64,000 bases of DNA from Coniocarpon cinnabarinum (lineage: Eukaryota). Location: positions 124,001-188,000 of the forward strand of contig JAVECO010000014.1 of the NCBI GenBank assembly GCA_051942205.1. Reading direction: 5' to 3'. Position numbers and translations under genes: made by a program. Below the pieces are notes generated by a model that saw only the letters and a program-made list of their open reading frames with translations, ran no database searches and was not told the DNA's origin. Below, piece after piece: positions 26,525-38,000 of this stretch. Every line of letters starts with the position of its first letter. Position 1 is the stretch's first letter.

Positions 26525-27238
26525 ACTTGCCTTTCCTGATCCCACGCGGGCGACTGTGATGGGTTTTACTTTTCTATCAGGGGTCTATTCAACATAGACC
26601 TCGACGTCCATTCTTTAGGTCTGAGACTGCCAATTCATCTTGATTTCACCACACTTGCTCTTCATTCTCTTTAAACGTAAATCTAAAGCTGCTAACTGAT
26701 AAATCGAGCTCCTGCTTGACAGTCAATATTAACGCTGGCATGTCTTTGTGAGACCGTAAAGTATTCAGATGAACGTGTACGACCGCACTCAGCCGAGGCC
26801 GAGTTCGACTGTGGTGGACTCGGTTTGTCGCCTGTGTTCAGGCGCTGATTTGCGTGAGGCGCATGTGTGTCTCGTTTGCGCATTCGTCATAGCAAACGTT
26901 TCTCAACATACAAATGCCTGCGTCCTTCATTGCGCCCTCTCTTCGATTTTTCGACAGGTTTCTGCATTCAGCTGGCTATAATACTTTAATCAAAGTACGA
27001 AGGAGTGTTGGTAATCATCCCAGGCTCCAGATGAGACGGCCAGCCTCGTAGCATTAAGACTCTGGCCTGGTCCACTTCTGTCAGCCTAATCAACAAAGTG
27101 AACAAAGTGAACGTTACGATTAGAAATCATTGACGGAGACAAGTAAGCAAGCCTCATGTCTGGAGGAAGGTCAAGTTCGCAGATTACTCAGACCTCCTTA
27201 GATATCTGACACAACCTACAATTTGAAGGTCGTCGATT

Positions 27239-27592
27239 ATGTCTGAGCTTGCTCAATTGACGATTGATCAGCTTTTTGTCAAACTGAAAGGCAAGCTGGA
27301 CGAGGCCGGGGGTCTACTTCGTATGCAATGGTTCAATGAAGCTCAAATCGAAAGTAAACAGGCTGAGTTGAAAAATCCTACTAAAACCGAGGCTCAAATC
27401 GAAAATCTTAATGGGGAAATCGAGAAACTTGAACGGGAGACGGGGCAGGCCAAGCAACAGCAGCAGACAGCACTTCATCTGGCGTCAGAATTCAAGAGCG
27501 AACTTGCGAAGAATAGAGCAAAAGCTATGAATACACATCAATTGCTAGAACTTGGGGAAGAACAAATGCGTTTTCAGCGAGGGGGAGTTTGA
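27239..27592 (+). CDS. Small coiled-coil orphan protein (cassette 2)
   Basis: 117 aa heptad-rich ORF; upstream GTAAGC..CTGAC..AG 5'UTR intron; shared 3' motif. Confidence 0.6.
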   Translation: MSELAQLTIDQLFVKLKGKLDEAGGLLRMQWFNEAQIESKQAELKNPTKTEAQIENLNGEIEKLERETGQAKQQQQTALHLASEFKSELAKNRAKAMNTHQLLELGEEQMRFQRGGV

Positions 27593-28345
27593 TCGGTGAC
27601 GAGCTCATCTTGGGCCAATGTAATGGCATGTGTCCGAGTCCGCGTGACGCCACTCGCGAGCATTAGTACACCGAGTCTTTCCTTTGATTAGGGGACTATT
27701 CAACATAGACCTCGACGTCTATTCTTTGAATATGAAGCTACCGTTTATTTCCTATCATGATGGTTATTCTTTCTAAAAAGAAAGGGCGAGAGTCCTACCG
27801 CTTTTGAGGTATAAGCCAAAGAGCTTGGTGAGCTGTAGTGATAGTGGTGTTACTTGAGGCGCAGGGAGCTTGTGTGCGATCAGCCATTTGCAGACTCGGC
27901 CGGGAGGACTAACGTCGTTTGTTATGATTTCAGTTTGTCTGGCTGTGTTCGGGCGTTGGTTCGCATGAGCCGGACTTCTCCATCATTTGCACACCCGTCA
28001 TAGCAAACGCTTCTCAACGTACAAATGCGTGCCTTCTTACTCCCTCTACTCAGCTTTTTCTCGACCTACTGCTTCTTTATCGCACCAACCGTACCACTCA
28101 AGTCAGAGCAAACCTTTGCTTGTTTAGATAGATTTAGCCTTCAAGTAAGTCAATTAGCTATGTCGAATTGAAAGCCCTGCTAAGTATTGTGCACAGCTTT
28201 GCGACCTTTGTCCACGAGCTGAACATTCAGTGAAGCGAGGGTAAGAAAAGGCCACGTATGCATACCACTTTCAATTGACATCTCACATTCCCATTGATTC
28301 ACGCTACCTCCACAGGTCAGAGATCATCGCCCTCTTGCCGTCAGC

Positions 28346-28729
28346 ATGCCTCCAAGTATCCAAGGAACTCTAAAAAACTTGGAAACAGGGATGGATCAGG
28401 TTGATGAAATTATAGCTAAGATCCAAGGAGAGTTCGCTGCCCTTGCCGCATTGGAACAGACAATGTCAGAGCAGGAGGAGACTCCTCAAGAGACTAGCAA
28501 GGACACGCCTTCGGTAGATTTGCCGACAGCCATTTCCAAGTCTCAAGATCATAAGAAATCCTTGACCAATCAGGTGGCAGATATTCTTCAACAATTGAAG
28601 CCTCAAGTAGATGAGCTTTTCAAGAAGAATACTGCTATGATTGGAGACGAATTTCGGAGGTTTTCGGCAGTGGAGACACGTTTCCAAAACGAATACGACA
28701 CTTACGTTAGTAATGAGCGTCGACGGTGA
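28346..28729 (+). CDS. Small helical orphan protein (cassette 3)
   Basis: 127 aa ORF; 5'UTR introns GTAAGT..CACAG and GTAAGA..CACAG; shared 3' motif. Confidence 0.6.
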   Translation: MPPSIQGTLKNLETGMDQVDEIIAKIQGEFAALAALEQTMSEQEETPQETSKDTPSVDLPTAISKSQDHKKSLTNQVADILQQLKPQVDELFKKNTAMIGDEFRRFSAVETRFQNEYDTYVSNERRR

Positions 28730-30115
28730 CTTTGACTATGACGAACGCGATGAGAGACGTTGACGACAGGCCTGGGTGACTCGATCATCTTTTGCTAGAG
28801 GACTATTCAACATAGACCTCAGACGCTACTCTTTAATTATGAAACCAGGAACCTTTTACTGACCACATACATACCTTTCTTCTTCTTGATTCTCTTGGTG
28901 TTTGTTTCTTTTCTTTTTCATTCTGCTGTCCTCACAATGCGCGTTTGAAAGTCCTTATAGATTCGATGGATTGTGGCAGCATGCGTATAGCTTCAGCATA
29001 AAAAAGCATTTACACGGTTCTCGACGTGCGTTTTCGATTGGGGCGATCTGCATTGGTTGTTTCAGAAATTCGGCTCGTTTGGCCGTGCTCAGGCGACGGT
29101 TTGCGTGAGCCGCAGGTAAGCTCGTTTGCATGTTCGTCATCAGTCCGAGTGGTATATGCATAGCCCGCTGTTAGCTTCCCAAAATTTGTTTCTCTTGCAA
29201 ACAAAGAACCGGGCAGTGCATGCGTGCGACGCAATTGCAGTTGTGCACGAGCAATGGATTGTGTCGTTCTGTGAACTTGCTCAGCACGCCTTGCGTTGGT
29301 CTGCATGATTTGCCACCATGATCGTTTAGATGTTCGCTGTCAATTGGTTGACAAAGCCTTGTTCAATGCGTCACTCCGCAGTGTCTTGCCGACCGCGCTT
29401 TTCGTTGCGGCCCAAAAGCAGGCGCTCATCTGTGCGCAAAGTCGGTTGATTGGTGCATTCATTGTGAGCTACATCTGGGCGTATCTGGCCCGATGGTTCG
29501 CATGAGCCGCAGCGTCAAGTTCGCTGATATTCACAAATATTTAGCCCGTGACCAATACTTTGCTGAGAGCTCGCCACCTTCGACCAACCCAAATCGTGCA
29601 TGTGTGGGCGCACATGCTGACTTGATTGGAGCGGCCTCAATCCATTCCGTTGCGCATCAGCATGCCTGAGGAGTTACGCACGGCTGCACGTGGCTGCACA
29701 GCAGCTTGCTTGTTGGGAACAGGCATCTTGGACTACCAGAGCAGTAGCACATACCCGTTTCAATGTTCCCGTTTGCAAGCTGGCAAAAACTATTAATACA
29801 GGGTCACCCACCCACCTTTTCAACTTTAGTGAAGATCATCATTCGACTGAACTGTTCTGCAAGACCCGTGTCAAGTTCAAACCCAAGTTGTCAGACCAGC
29901 TCGAGCACCTAAATGTAGGTCGAGTCAGGGGCGGGCAATCATAAATCGCGCTGAGTACCTCTTAGTTCAATCAAGTATCGATTCGACGTGTTGTGGACAT
30001 TTCGACGCCGAGTGAAGGCAACATAGCAAGTCTTCAGTCCAGTACCTCTGTTGCCCAGCTAATGTGTTGTTTCCCCCTGACAGTCAAGCCAAGTTCATTC
30101 GAGCGACTCCTCAGC

Positions 30116-30397
30116 ATGGCCCCTGACGACAAACCCGGCAGAGCAGAGCAAGCACGGGCAACCGCCGCCAAAGCAGCAGAATCAAATCAACAATTCACAG
30201 ACAAGAAAGCTGAGGCGGTGAGACTTGTTCAGGAGCAAATGGCGGCTGAAGATGAAGATAAAGACAAATTTAAAGAGCCATTGGACCAGGCCCAAAAGGA
30301 ATTGGACCATGTCCAAAAGAAAAATGAGTTATCGAAACAAGCCGCGGAAAATGCGGAGTTGACAAGTTCGATAATGAAAGGCTTGAATAAATCGTGA
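30116..30397 (+). CDS. Small coiled-coil orphan protein (probable degenerate cassette 4)
   Basis: 93 aa from TCAGCATG (same start context as cassette 3); upstream GCTAAT..GACAG acceptor; A/E/K/Q-rich. Confidence 0.5.
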   Translation: MAPDDKPGRAEQARATAAKAAESNQQFTDKKAEAVRLVQEQMAAEDEDKDKFKEPLDQAQKELDHVQKKNELSKQAAENAELTSSIMKGLNKS

Positions 30398-33139
30398 CGG
30401 ACATAGTCGACATGATTGTGTCTTGTGCGGCTCGAGGCGCCCTCAAGCAGACGAAGAAGGACGAGGTCGAGGCCAGCTGTTGGGTGATGATGGCTGGGTG
30501 TGAGGTAACGGTTTGTCAATTGCCCTCAGGCCGCTGTGGTAGGCTCACCTCAGCTTCGGGTCAGCGTAATCGGGCTGACGAGTCTTGATGCGGGATTTCA
30601 TTTCTGGCTTGCTTGTCTAAGAGCAAGCCTTCCATCGCGCAGCTGAACGTAATGAGAGCTCTTGAAATTCGCATGCGCATTGTTCAGCAGTCGCGTAAGC
30701 GAGTCTTTCTCCTATATCTTGGACAATTGCATGCAGTAGTAGTGGCTCCGCATCGCATGTACTCTTTTCGCACCTGCACCACCGCTACCAAGCAAGTTGA
30801 CGGTACGACTCGTACGAAAATGGATTTTCAGGATGGCTAACCATGGCAATGAAAGCTGGTCAAAGCTGAGAGGCAATGCAATCAACCGGTGACGTACGCG
30901 CAAAAATTTTCGACTCTTCACAAGCGGTAAAGGGTCGTCTCTCGCAAACATATCGTCAAGACCTGCGACAACAGTAGTCTCGGTCTTCAGACCAGACACA
31001 ACACGCGCATAGTAGAGTGCTTGGGATAGGCTAAGAGCCGAGTTAGTTCTTGTCGAGGACGTAACGCTCTCCTTGCCCTTGAGTCCCGTGAACAGCGAGC
31101 AAGTGGCGAGTTCACAACCACATGCACGAACAGAGCATGACTGCAGGGAGCATGATCAGAGTGTGAAGTCTCTAGTCTTGTGTTGATCAGCTGCAAGCCA
31201 GATTTGCAGAGGGACGTAGGCTCCATCTCAAAATAACCGTCGCGCGACACATATGAATCTGTGCAATTGCAGCTTCGAAGACGAGAGCACGATCAATTCG
31301 CACCTTTTGGGCTGGAGTCTTACAGAGTCGTCGCAATTCATGACCCGAACTAGTTGTACTGAGGATTGACTGGAGGCGTCCTACCGGGAAAAGAGGGAGC
31401 CAGGTGGCTTTTCAACGCCGGCGACGAGCAGGCTGTGGATACGGTGTGGAGATACGGAGGCTGATGCTGTTTTTCCTTGGCCTGTTCGCCGGACTCAGGC
31501 GTCCTCTATTGAGTCCACTTTCCGCATCGCGCCACGAATTACTGAGATCTCTGTGATGCGCGTGTTTTTCGGGTTGCATCATGTCAATCTTGATGAACAT
31601 TGACATTTGTCTCACGTGATCGATGATATCAGTGCACGTGATCTGTGCGTCGAAACGCGTGGCTTGGATACCAAGTCATGTGACTAAAATCCCGATATAT
31701 CAAAGCACGTGGGTAATAATTCAACTGACGTAGTAACTTATACTTGCATTGACATATTATCGAATCGATTAATATCTCATGTTAGAATGCGTGCGCGCGG
31801 CGAGGAACTCGAGCAATACAGCCAAGGAGTCAAGCAAGACTGCTTGGACTTGCCATCAGCAAGCGCGGAAGGCTCTTCCCCGCTGGGATCTCCGTACGGC
31901 GATATGAACCTCTTAATCGCTCTATCGAAATCGATCGGACGCGGTAATCAGTCAAGCACATCTCCCACAGTGACAATGCTGTCGCTGCAACCAGCTAAGT
32001 CTAACCGAACTGATCCAACGACAATTGCTGTCTCCGGTACATGAGTGCCTTTCAACTCAGTCTTCTCATGCTGGCAAAGATTCTTTAGAACTTACCGCGC
32101 AATTGAGAAGAGCTGCCCTCCTGCTGTTCTAACTGCGGAGCAACAGTAGCCTGCTGAACTCCCCCAACTGCTGAGATGCGTATCTCTCAGAAGCGGCAAT
32201 CTCTCTTTACTTTTAAAGAAGGAGGCTTTAGAATATCAGAGATATCGCAGCAAGCATTACAATCCCTAATTATTCTTAATGAATACTTAGGACTGGCTCT
32301 TACTCTATATCACGACATATTTGCGCTTTTCATGGTGCAATCACCCTTCTGTGCGCCCAGAGAAAGCTTCAACGCTCCGAGTATTGTAAAAAGCACTTCC
32401 CAACGCTCTCCAGCAAGCGATCTCCGCCTTATCCACCAATAAGCCAAGGAGCATTTAAATGAATCAATCATTCATGTTGAGCTGCAGCGCGAACGTACCA
32501 ATATCGCCCGGTAGTACCTGGTATGGGGCAAACGTCCGCGCTGCTTTGCTTGAGGCATGCAGGCATAAAGACGAGATGGATGTTTCCAGAGTGTGCGCAT
32601 ATGGTTGGCAGAGCAGCAGGGGTAGATATGGCGAGAGTTCTTAGCCGCGATGTGAGCGAATGTCTACAAAGAGCGAAAGAGCGTCCTGTTGAGAAGCGGT
32701 GTGATGGGTAGGGCAAGCCAAGTTTACACATAGGCATGCTGTTTTTTCACTAAGGTAACCTTACTCAGGAAGAACATACAGGGTTCAAGGACAGGAAAAG
32801 TCATGCATATTCGAGAATGAGTTGAAACAGGACAATTCGAGAATACTCGTACATTTAGCTATAGAACCGGGCAAGGAGCTCCAATCTAGCATTAGCAACC
32901 CCTGTGAGTACTGCAAGAACCCATCAGATCGCGATATCGCGCACGTGCAAGGCTCGAGATTTATTAGGGCATCTAATCAACAGGTGAGATGGATGCAGGA
33001 GAATGTACGACTAGTCGTACTGCCAGAGCGGTTAAGTCTGCCCATTGGGTATCACAGATCGACAAAGACATCGACCAAAAATCATAACGCATTCATGTGA
33101 GTTGCTCTTGCAACCGTATCAACGCCTGTCTTGTGGGTA

Positions 33140-34384
33140 TCATTCATCTGGATCTTCCGGTTCAGGGACTGGCTCGCCGTTATAATCCGGAACCAATCCG
33201 CGATCCAGAACGTCAATCAGCTCATCACGGCAGTGTATCGCAAAAATGGCGAAAGCAAAAGCGACCCAGACCTCCTGTCCAGTCTTGATGTAATTGAAGG
33301 TATTCATGAGCGTTGAGAAATTGTCCGGATCGTTCATGGCGCGCGATGACTGGGATTTGCCGCCAGGTTTGTAGGAGACGATGGCCCAGACACTGTGGCT
33401 AACCGCGATGCCGTACAGTGGAGGGATTTGATCCTTGTGACCATCCTTCAGGTTACGCTCCCAGGCGTTTGCGAGCTCCTCGAGCTTGCGATTGAGCGTC
33501 ATTTGGACGTTCTCTGCGGGAATGTAGCTTGGTGCATCGCAGACGACGGCAATAGGCAAGACGCCGCGCTTCCCTTTGAGGTTGGCGTCGTCTAGTGACC
33601 AGTCGAGGAAATGACGAAAGGTCCTTGCGATACGTTTCTGCGGCTCATGACCAAGCATGATGTCGTCACGGACTTGAGCGCCCAAATCGATTACCGACCA
33701 CAAGGACTTGGTCGCGCGAAAGTCATTCGTCTGCCTCTCAGTCGCTTCCAGTGTCTTGATGAAAGCGTCGTCTGCTGTCTCGGTGAATAACGAATCGGGA
33801 AGATTGTTGAAGTCGACTTGCCAATGGGGCGGCAACAAAGGCTCGAATCCACGTAGCGAGATCTTGCGAAACAAGGTGATGTCTGCTTCTCGCCATCCTT
33901 GTCGACGAAACTCATCTACCTCCGCGAGTCTATCATTGTAATCTTGCCTCCATGCGCTTGGAGTTAGTTGTTCTGCATGAAAAGCAGCTGGCTTCGTTGC
34001 CCCAGAACTGGGTAGTCGACTAGGAGTGATATCATGTTCCACAGATTGGATTACTGGGGTTTCGGGATATATGCGCGCTCGCTTGGTGCGATGCGCATCA
34101 GACGATCCAGAGCTTGCGTCATCCTGAGTTGCGGGTGTAAGTAGGCCAGTTGGCCCTTGATGAACGTTGTCAACGTTCGACTCCTCGGTACGTTTGCGCT
34201 TTAAATGCTGTCTTTCTGAGGTTTCCGGCGTGGGGAGTCCGGCTGGTCCGGTATTTGAAGCTGCCGCTGGTCTTAATGGTGTGGTGGAGGCGGTAGTGGT
34301 AGTTCGCGCCATGGATGGCAAAGGCTTTTTCCGAAAAGGAATTACACCAGAGACAAAATTGCTAATGTTAGTGAAGAGCGGCAT
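33140..34384 (-). CDS. Fungal hypothetical protein (disordered N-terminus with basic NLS-like runs, globular C-terminus)
   Basis: Intronless ORF of ~414 aa from ATG 34384; motifs LFRKISLRGFEPLLPPHWQVDF and PPLYGIAV. Confidence 0.8.
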   Translation of the reverse strand: MPLFTNISNFVSGVIPFRKKPLPSMARTTTTASTTPLRPAAASNTGPAGLPTPETSERQHLKRKRTEESNVDNVHQGPTGLLTPATQDDASSGSSDAHRTKRARIYPETPVIQSVEHDITPSRLPSSGATKPAAFHAEQLTPSAWRQDYNDRLAEVDEFRRQGWREADITLFRKISLRGFEPLLPPHWQVDFNNLPDSLFTETADDAFIKTLEATERQTNDFRATKSLWSVIDLGAQVRDDIMLGHEPQKRIARTFRHFLDWSLDDANLKGKRGVLPIAVVCDAPSYIPAENVQMTLNRKLEELANAWERNLKDGHKDQIPPLYGIAVSHSVWAIVSYKPGGKSQSSRAMNDPDNFSTLMNTFNYIKTGQEVWVAFAFAIFAIHCRDELIDVLDRGLVPDYNGEPVPEPEDPDE

Positions 34385-35047
34385 ATTCGCGTGCAATGAG
34401 CAGAGTTTGACCCGCACTCTTGACTCGTCTTTCTTTGATGCAAGGATGTTGCGTAGTCTGGCTGAATGCGGTGGGATGCAGGGAGTGACAACTGCCGATA
34501 GGTCAAAACACCCGTCTAATGCAATGTACTCGGGATCGTCGACTGCAGAAATGCTGAGCTGTCAGTGGAAGGATACAAGATGTCTTGTTGCGGCAAAGAT
34601 AATGTGATGGAAGCACAGGATGTTGAACAGTAGAGTGAGAGAGGTATGTGCAACCAAACGGTATTGTCTTTGACGTTGTTTGCATTTGAAACTATTTGAA
34701 AAGGCTGGGCCGCTTGCGGGTAGCATCAAGCTAGTGGAGATGGTCCGAGCGCGCAGGGTCTCGATTACTGGATTTGTATGTAGCGCACAGTAGCGTCAAA
34801 CACTGGCTCCCGTGACGCGCAACGATAAATATCGTGACACAGCTAATGTTGTGGCTGTGCATGTCACGTATCTCTTTTAAGCTTTCGTTCGAGCTGCGTC
34901 TTCTCAACATTAGCGAATGATAGTCAGCTAGGCGAAGCGCAAACGCGTGTTCACGTTCTGCAGTCATTACGTTCTGGCTCTAGTCAACGAAAATGGTTTG
35001 GGTGGTCATCGATGACTTGAATCTATTGAATACCACAGATCAACAAC

Positions 35048-38000
35048 ATGGGCCAAGGGTATTCTATGACGACCTTGTCGGCCGGCTCTGCGGGCATCGA
35101 TGTCCCCGAGCTGTCCCATCTTTCATACGAGAAGAGCCTGGGCGAGGCACGTTTTATGAAAACCATTCGTGCCCGCCACCGCCATGGTCTTGTTGCTGTC
35201 AAGGTGGCAATGAAACCGTATAGCAATATGAGCTTTCAAAAGTACATCAGAAAAATCATGTGTATGCCTCTTGAATCTATTGCCACTTCAGCAGTATGAA
35301 TAAATGACCCACAGGCACTAGATGAGCGGAAAATCCTGATGAAGATCCCTAATGCTCTGTCATACCACAACGTTTTCGAAACCAACGCCAACGGTTATCT
35401 TACTCGCCAATATGTGTACAGCTCCTTATATGACCGCATCAGGTACGCAATTAGACCTAGGTGAAGGACAGAATTGACCGTTGCAGTACTCGTCCTTTCC
35501 TAGAAGACGTTGAAAAGTGTTGGCTTGCATTTCAACTGCTTTCAGTAGTGAGGGACTGTCACTCCCATCAGCTCTACCATGGTGACATCAAAACGGAGAA
35601 CGTCTTGGTGACGTCGTGGAACTGGCTGTTCTTAACAGACTTCTCGTCTGCGTTTAAGCCAGCTTATCTGCCAGAAGATAACCCGGCTGAGTTCTCGTTC
35701 TACTTTGACATCGCTGGCAGGAGGACTTGCTATCTTGCCCCTGAGCGATTTTTGCATGGTAGTGAGACGCAGCGTGCCTCCAGTTCCTTGACGTGGGCAA
35801 TGGATATCTTTAGCGTGGGGTGCGTGGTCGCGGAGCTCTTTTTAGAAACGCCAATTTTCAACCTTAGCCAACTGTTCAACTACAGAAAAGGAGAATATGA
35901 TCCACGTTCCACCCATTTGAATAGGATTGAAAATACTGAGATACGTGAGATGGTGGCTCACATGATCCAATTGGAGCCCGAATCCCGATACTCGGCTGAC
36001 GAGTATCTGAACTTTTGGCGCGAGAAGGCGTTCCCTGGCTACTTCAGCAGCTTCCTACATCAATACATGGCTTTGATTACTGATCCAGCTTCGGGCAGAC
36101 TCTCCATTACCGCAGATGAGATGAACTTGGGCGAATCCGATGATCGCATATCGCGCGTCTACCATGACTTCGACAAGATTGCATACTTTCTGGGGTATGC
36201 GAACTCTCACACACCAGAGCTGAGTCAGGTGACGAGTCTTTTAGAGACTTACCCGTCCATCCAAACGCCCAATCTATACCGACGTCATCTTCAGGAGCTG
36301 GTCAAGCCTGTACACGGCAGCGAAGGAACATTCCTCTTCCTCAACATTGTAACCTCATCTCTTCGAAGTACTGCAAGAGCAACTGCGCGGTTGCAAGCCT
36401 GCGACTTGCTGGTCGCTTTCTCTTTGCACATACGAGACGAGGCAAAGCTGGACAGAGTATTACCCTTCCTAATGACTATGTTAGATGACTCGGCGGAGGT
36501 GGTGAAAATTGCGGCTCTTCGCTCATTGACTCTGCTGATCAGTTTGGTGACATCGACGTCGCCTGTCAACGCGTTTGTGTTTCCTGAGTACATTCTTCCC
36601 AAATTGTCAGAGATGTTTTCAGTTCGTCGAGGTAGAATGCGCCAAGGGACATTGGTGCGGTTGACCTTTGCTCAGTGTCTCGCTCCCCTCGCTGAGTCGG
36701 GCGCCAAATTTCTTGACTCAACAGAGGCTTTGAAGTCTGAGGGCTCTTTGCCCTCAGCTACCGCAGACGCGGTAGATGCCATCTCTCCAGAAACGTATCG
36801 CGAATTCTATGACTCAATACGTGCCGAGCTACTCCGCTTTTTTGAGACGCACACCAAGCAATTCCTTACTGATCCAGAGTCAGGTGTTCGAAGCGCATTC
36901 CTGGGCTCTATTGGAAGTCTTTGCGTCTTTTTCGGCAGTGCAAAGACTAATGACGTTTTGTTGAGTCACTTGAACACCTACCTAAACAGTCGAGACTGGA
37001 AGTTGAAGTGCTCTTTCTTCGATGCCATTGTTGGTGTGGCAGTCTATGTGGGCTCGAACAATGTAGAGGAATTTGTGCTGCCCCTGATGACTTTAGCTTT
37101 ACTAGACCGAGAAGAAGCTGTCATGAGAAGTGTTCTGAGGTCGATCGCCGTGATGGCATCTCTTGGGCTTTTCCAGCGCTCGACGGTGCTGGGTCTGGTT
37201 GAGCTGATCGCCAGGTTCACGATCCACCCCAACGATTGGATCCGAGAAGCTTCATCAGACTTCCTCGCATCTGCGATGTATTATCTTTCACCAGCAGATC
37301 GCCAATGCAGGGTCGTACCACTGCTTCGGCCTCTTCTGAGATTGCCGCTAGCTACGCAAGGCGAAATCGATTTCATGGACGCCTTGCAGAAACCGCTCAA
37401 TCGAGATGTCTATGACTTGACACTGGCATGGGCGAGAATTTCTGAGGGATCTTCTTTTTGGAGGCACATTCAGAGGATAGAGACATCAAACAAGCCTGCA
37501 GACCGATTCTTCACCCTCTCAGTTCATGAGTTAAATGGCACATCATTTGCCAAGGCGCCCAAGAGTGAGTTGGATCAGCAATGGATTGGCCGCCTCCATG
37601 ATGCGGGAATGACACGGGAAGACGAGCTAAAGCTCTTAGCGATTTCTGAGCATGTATTGCGAGTGACTTCGAAGCCTCTCAGAGATAGTGCTACTGAGTG
37701 TGCCGTAACATACGACAAGCAAGTCAAGCTCAATGATTTCAAGGTCCAGGTCAACACTTTCCAGATTGACCCGGAAGAGGACTTTTGGGATCACGACGAT
37801 CGTGCCCGTGAGCCAACAGACCCTGAGCAGACTCTGAAGCCCCAGACTATCTCAGATGCACTGCTAGATGCATCTGCGACCATTGAATTTGGGGAACAGA
37901 TTCCAGAAACGCCTGGCAATGATCTTACGGATGAGGGATCTAGCTCTAGCACCGTACCAAGGCAAAGGTCAGCCAGGGAACAGAACATCAAACCACTTCA

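Larger units (their letters stand above)
25779..29512 (+). repeat. Tandem ~1.1 kb cassette array: conserved upstream and downstream non-coding blocks around divergent ORFs
   Basis: TTCTCAACRTACAAATGC at 25805, 26900 and 28011; CTATTCAACATAGACCTC at ~26585, ~27696 and ~28803; GGCG..TTYGCRTGAG block at ~26840, ~27950, ~29090 and ~29495. Confidence 0.85.
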
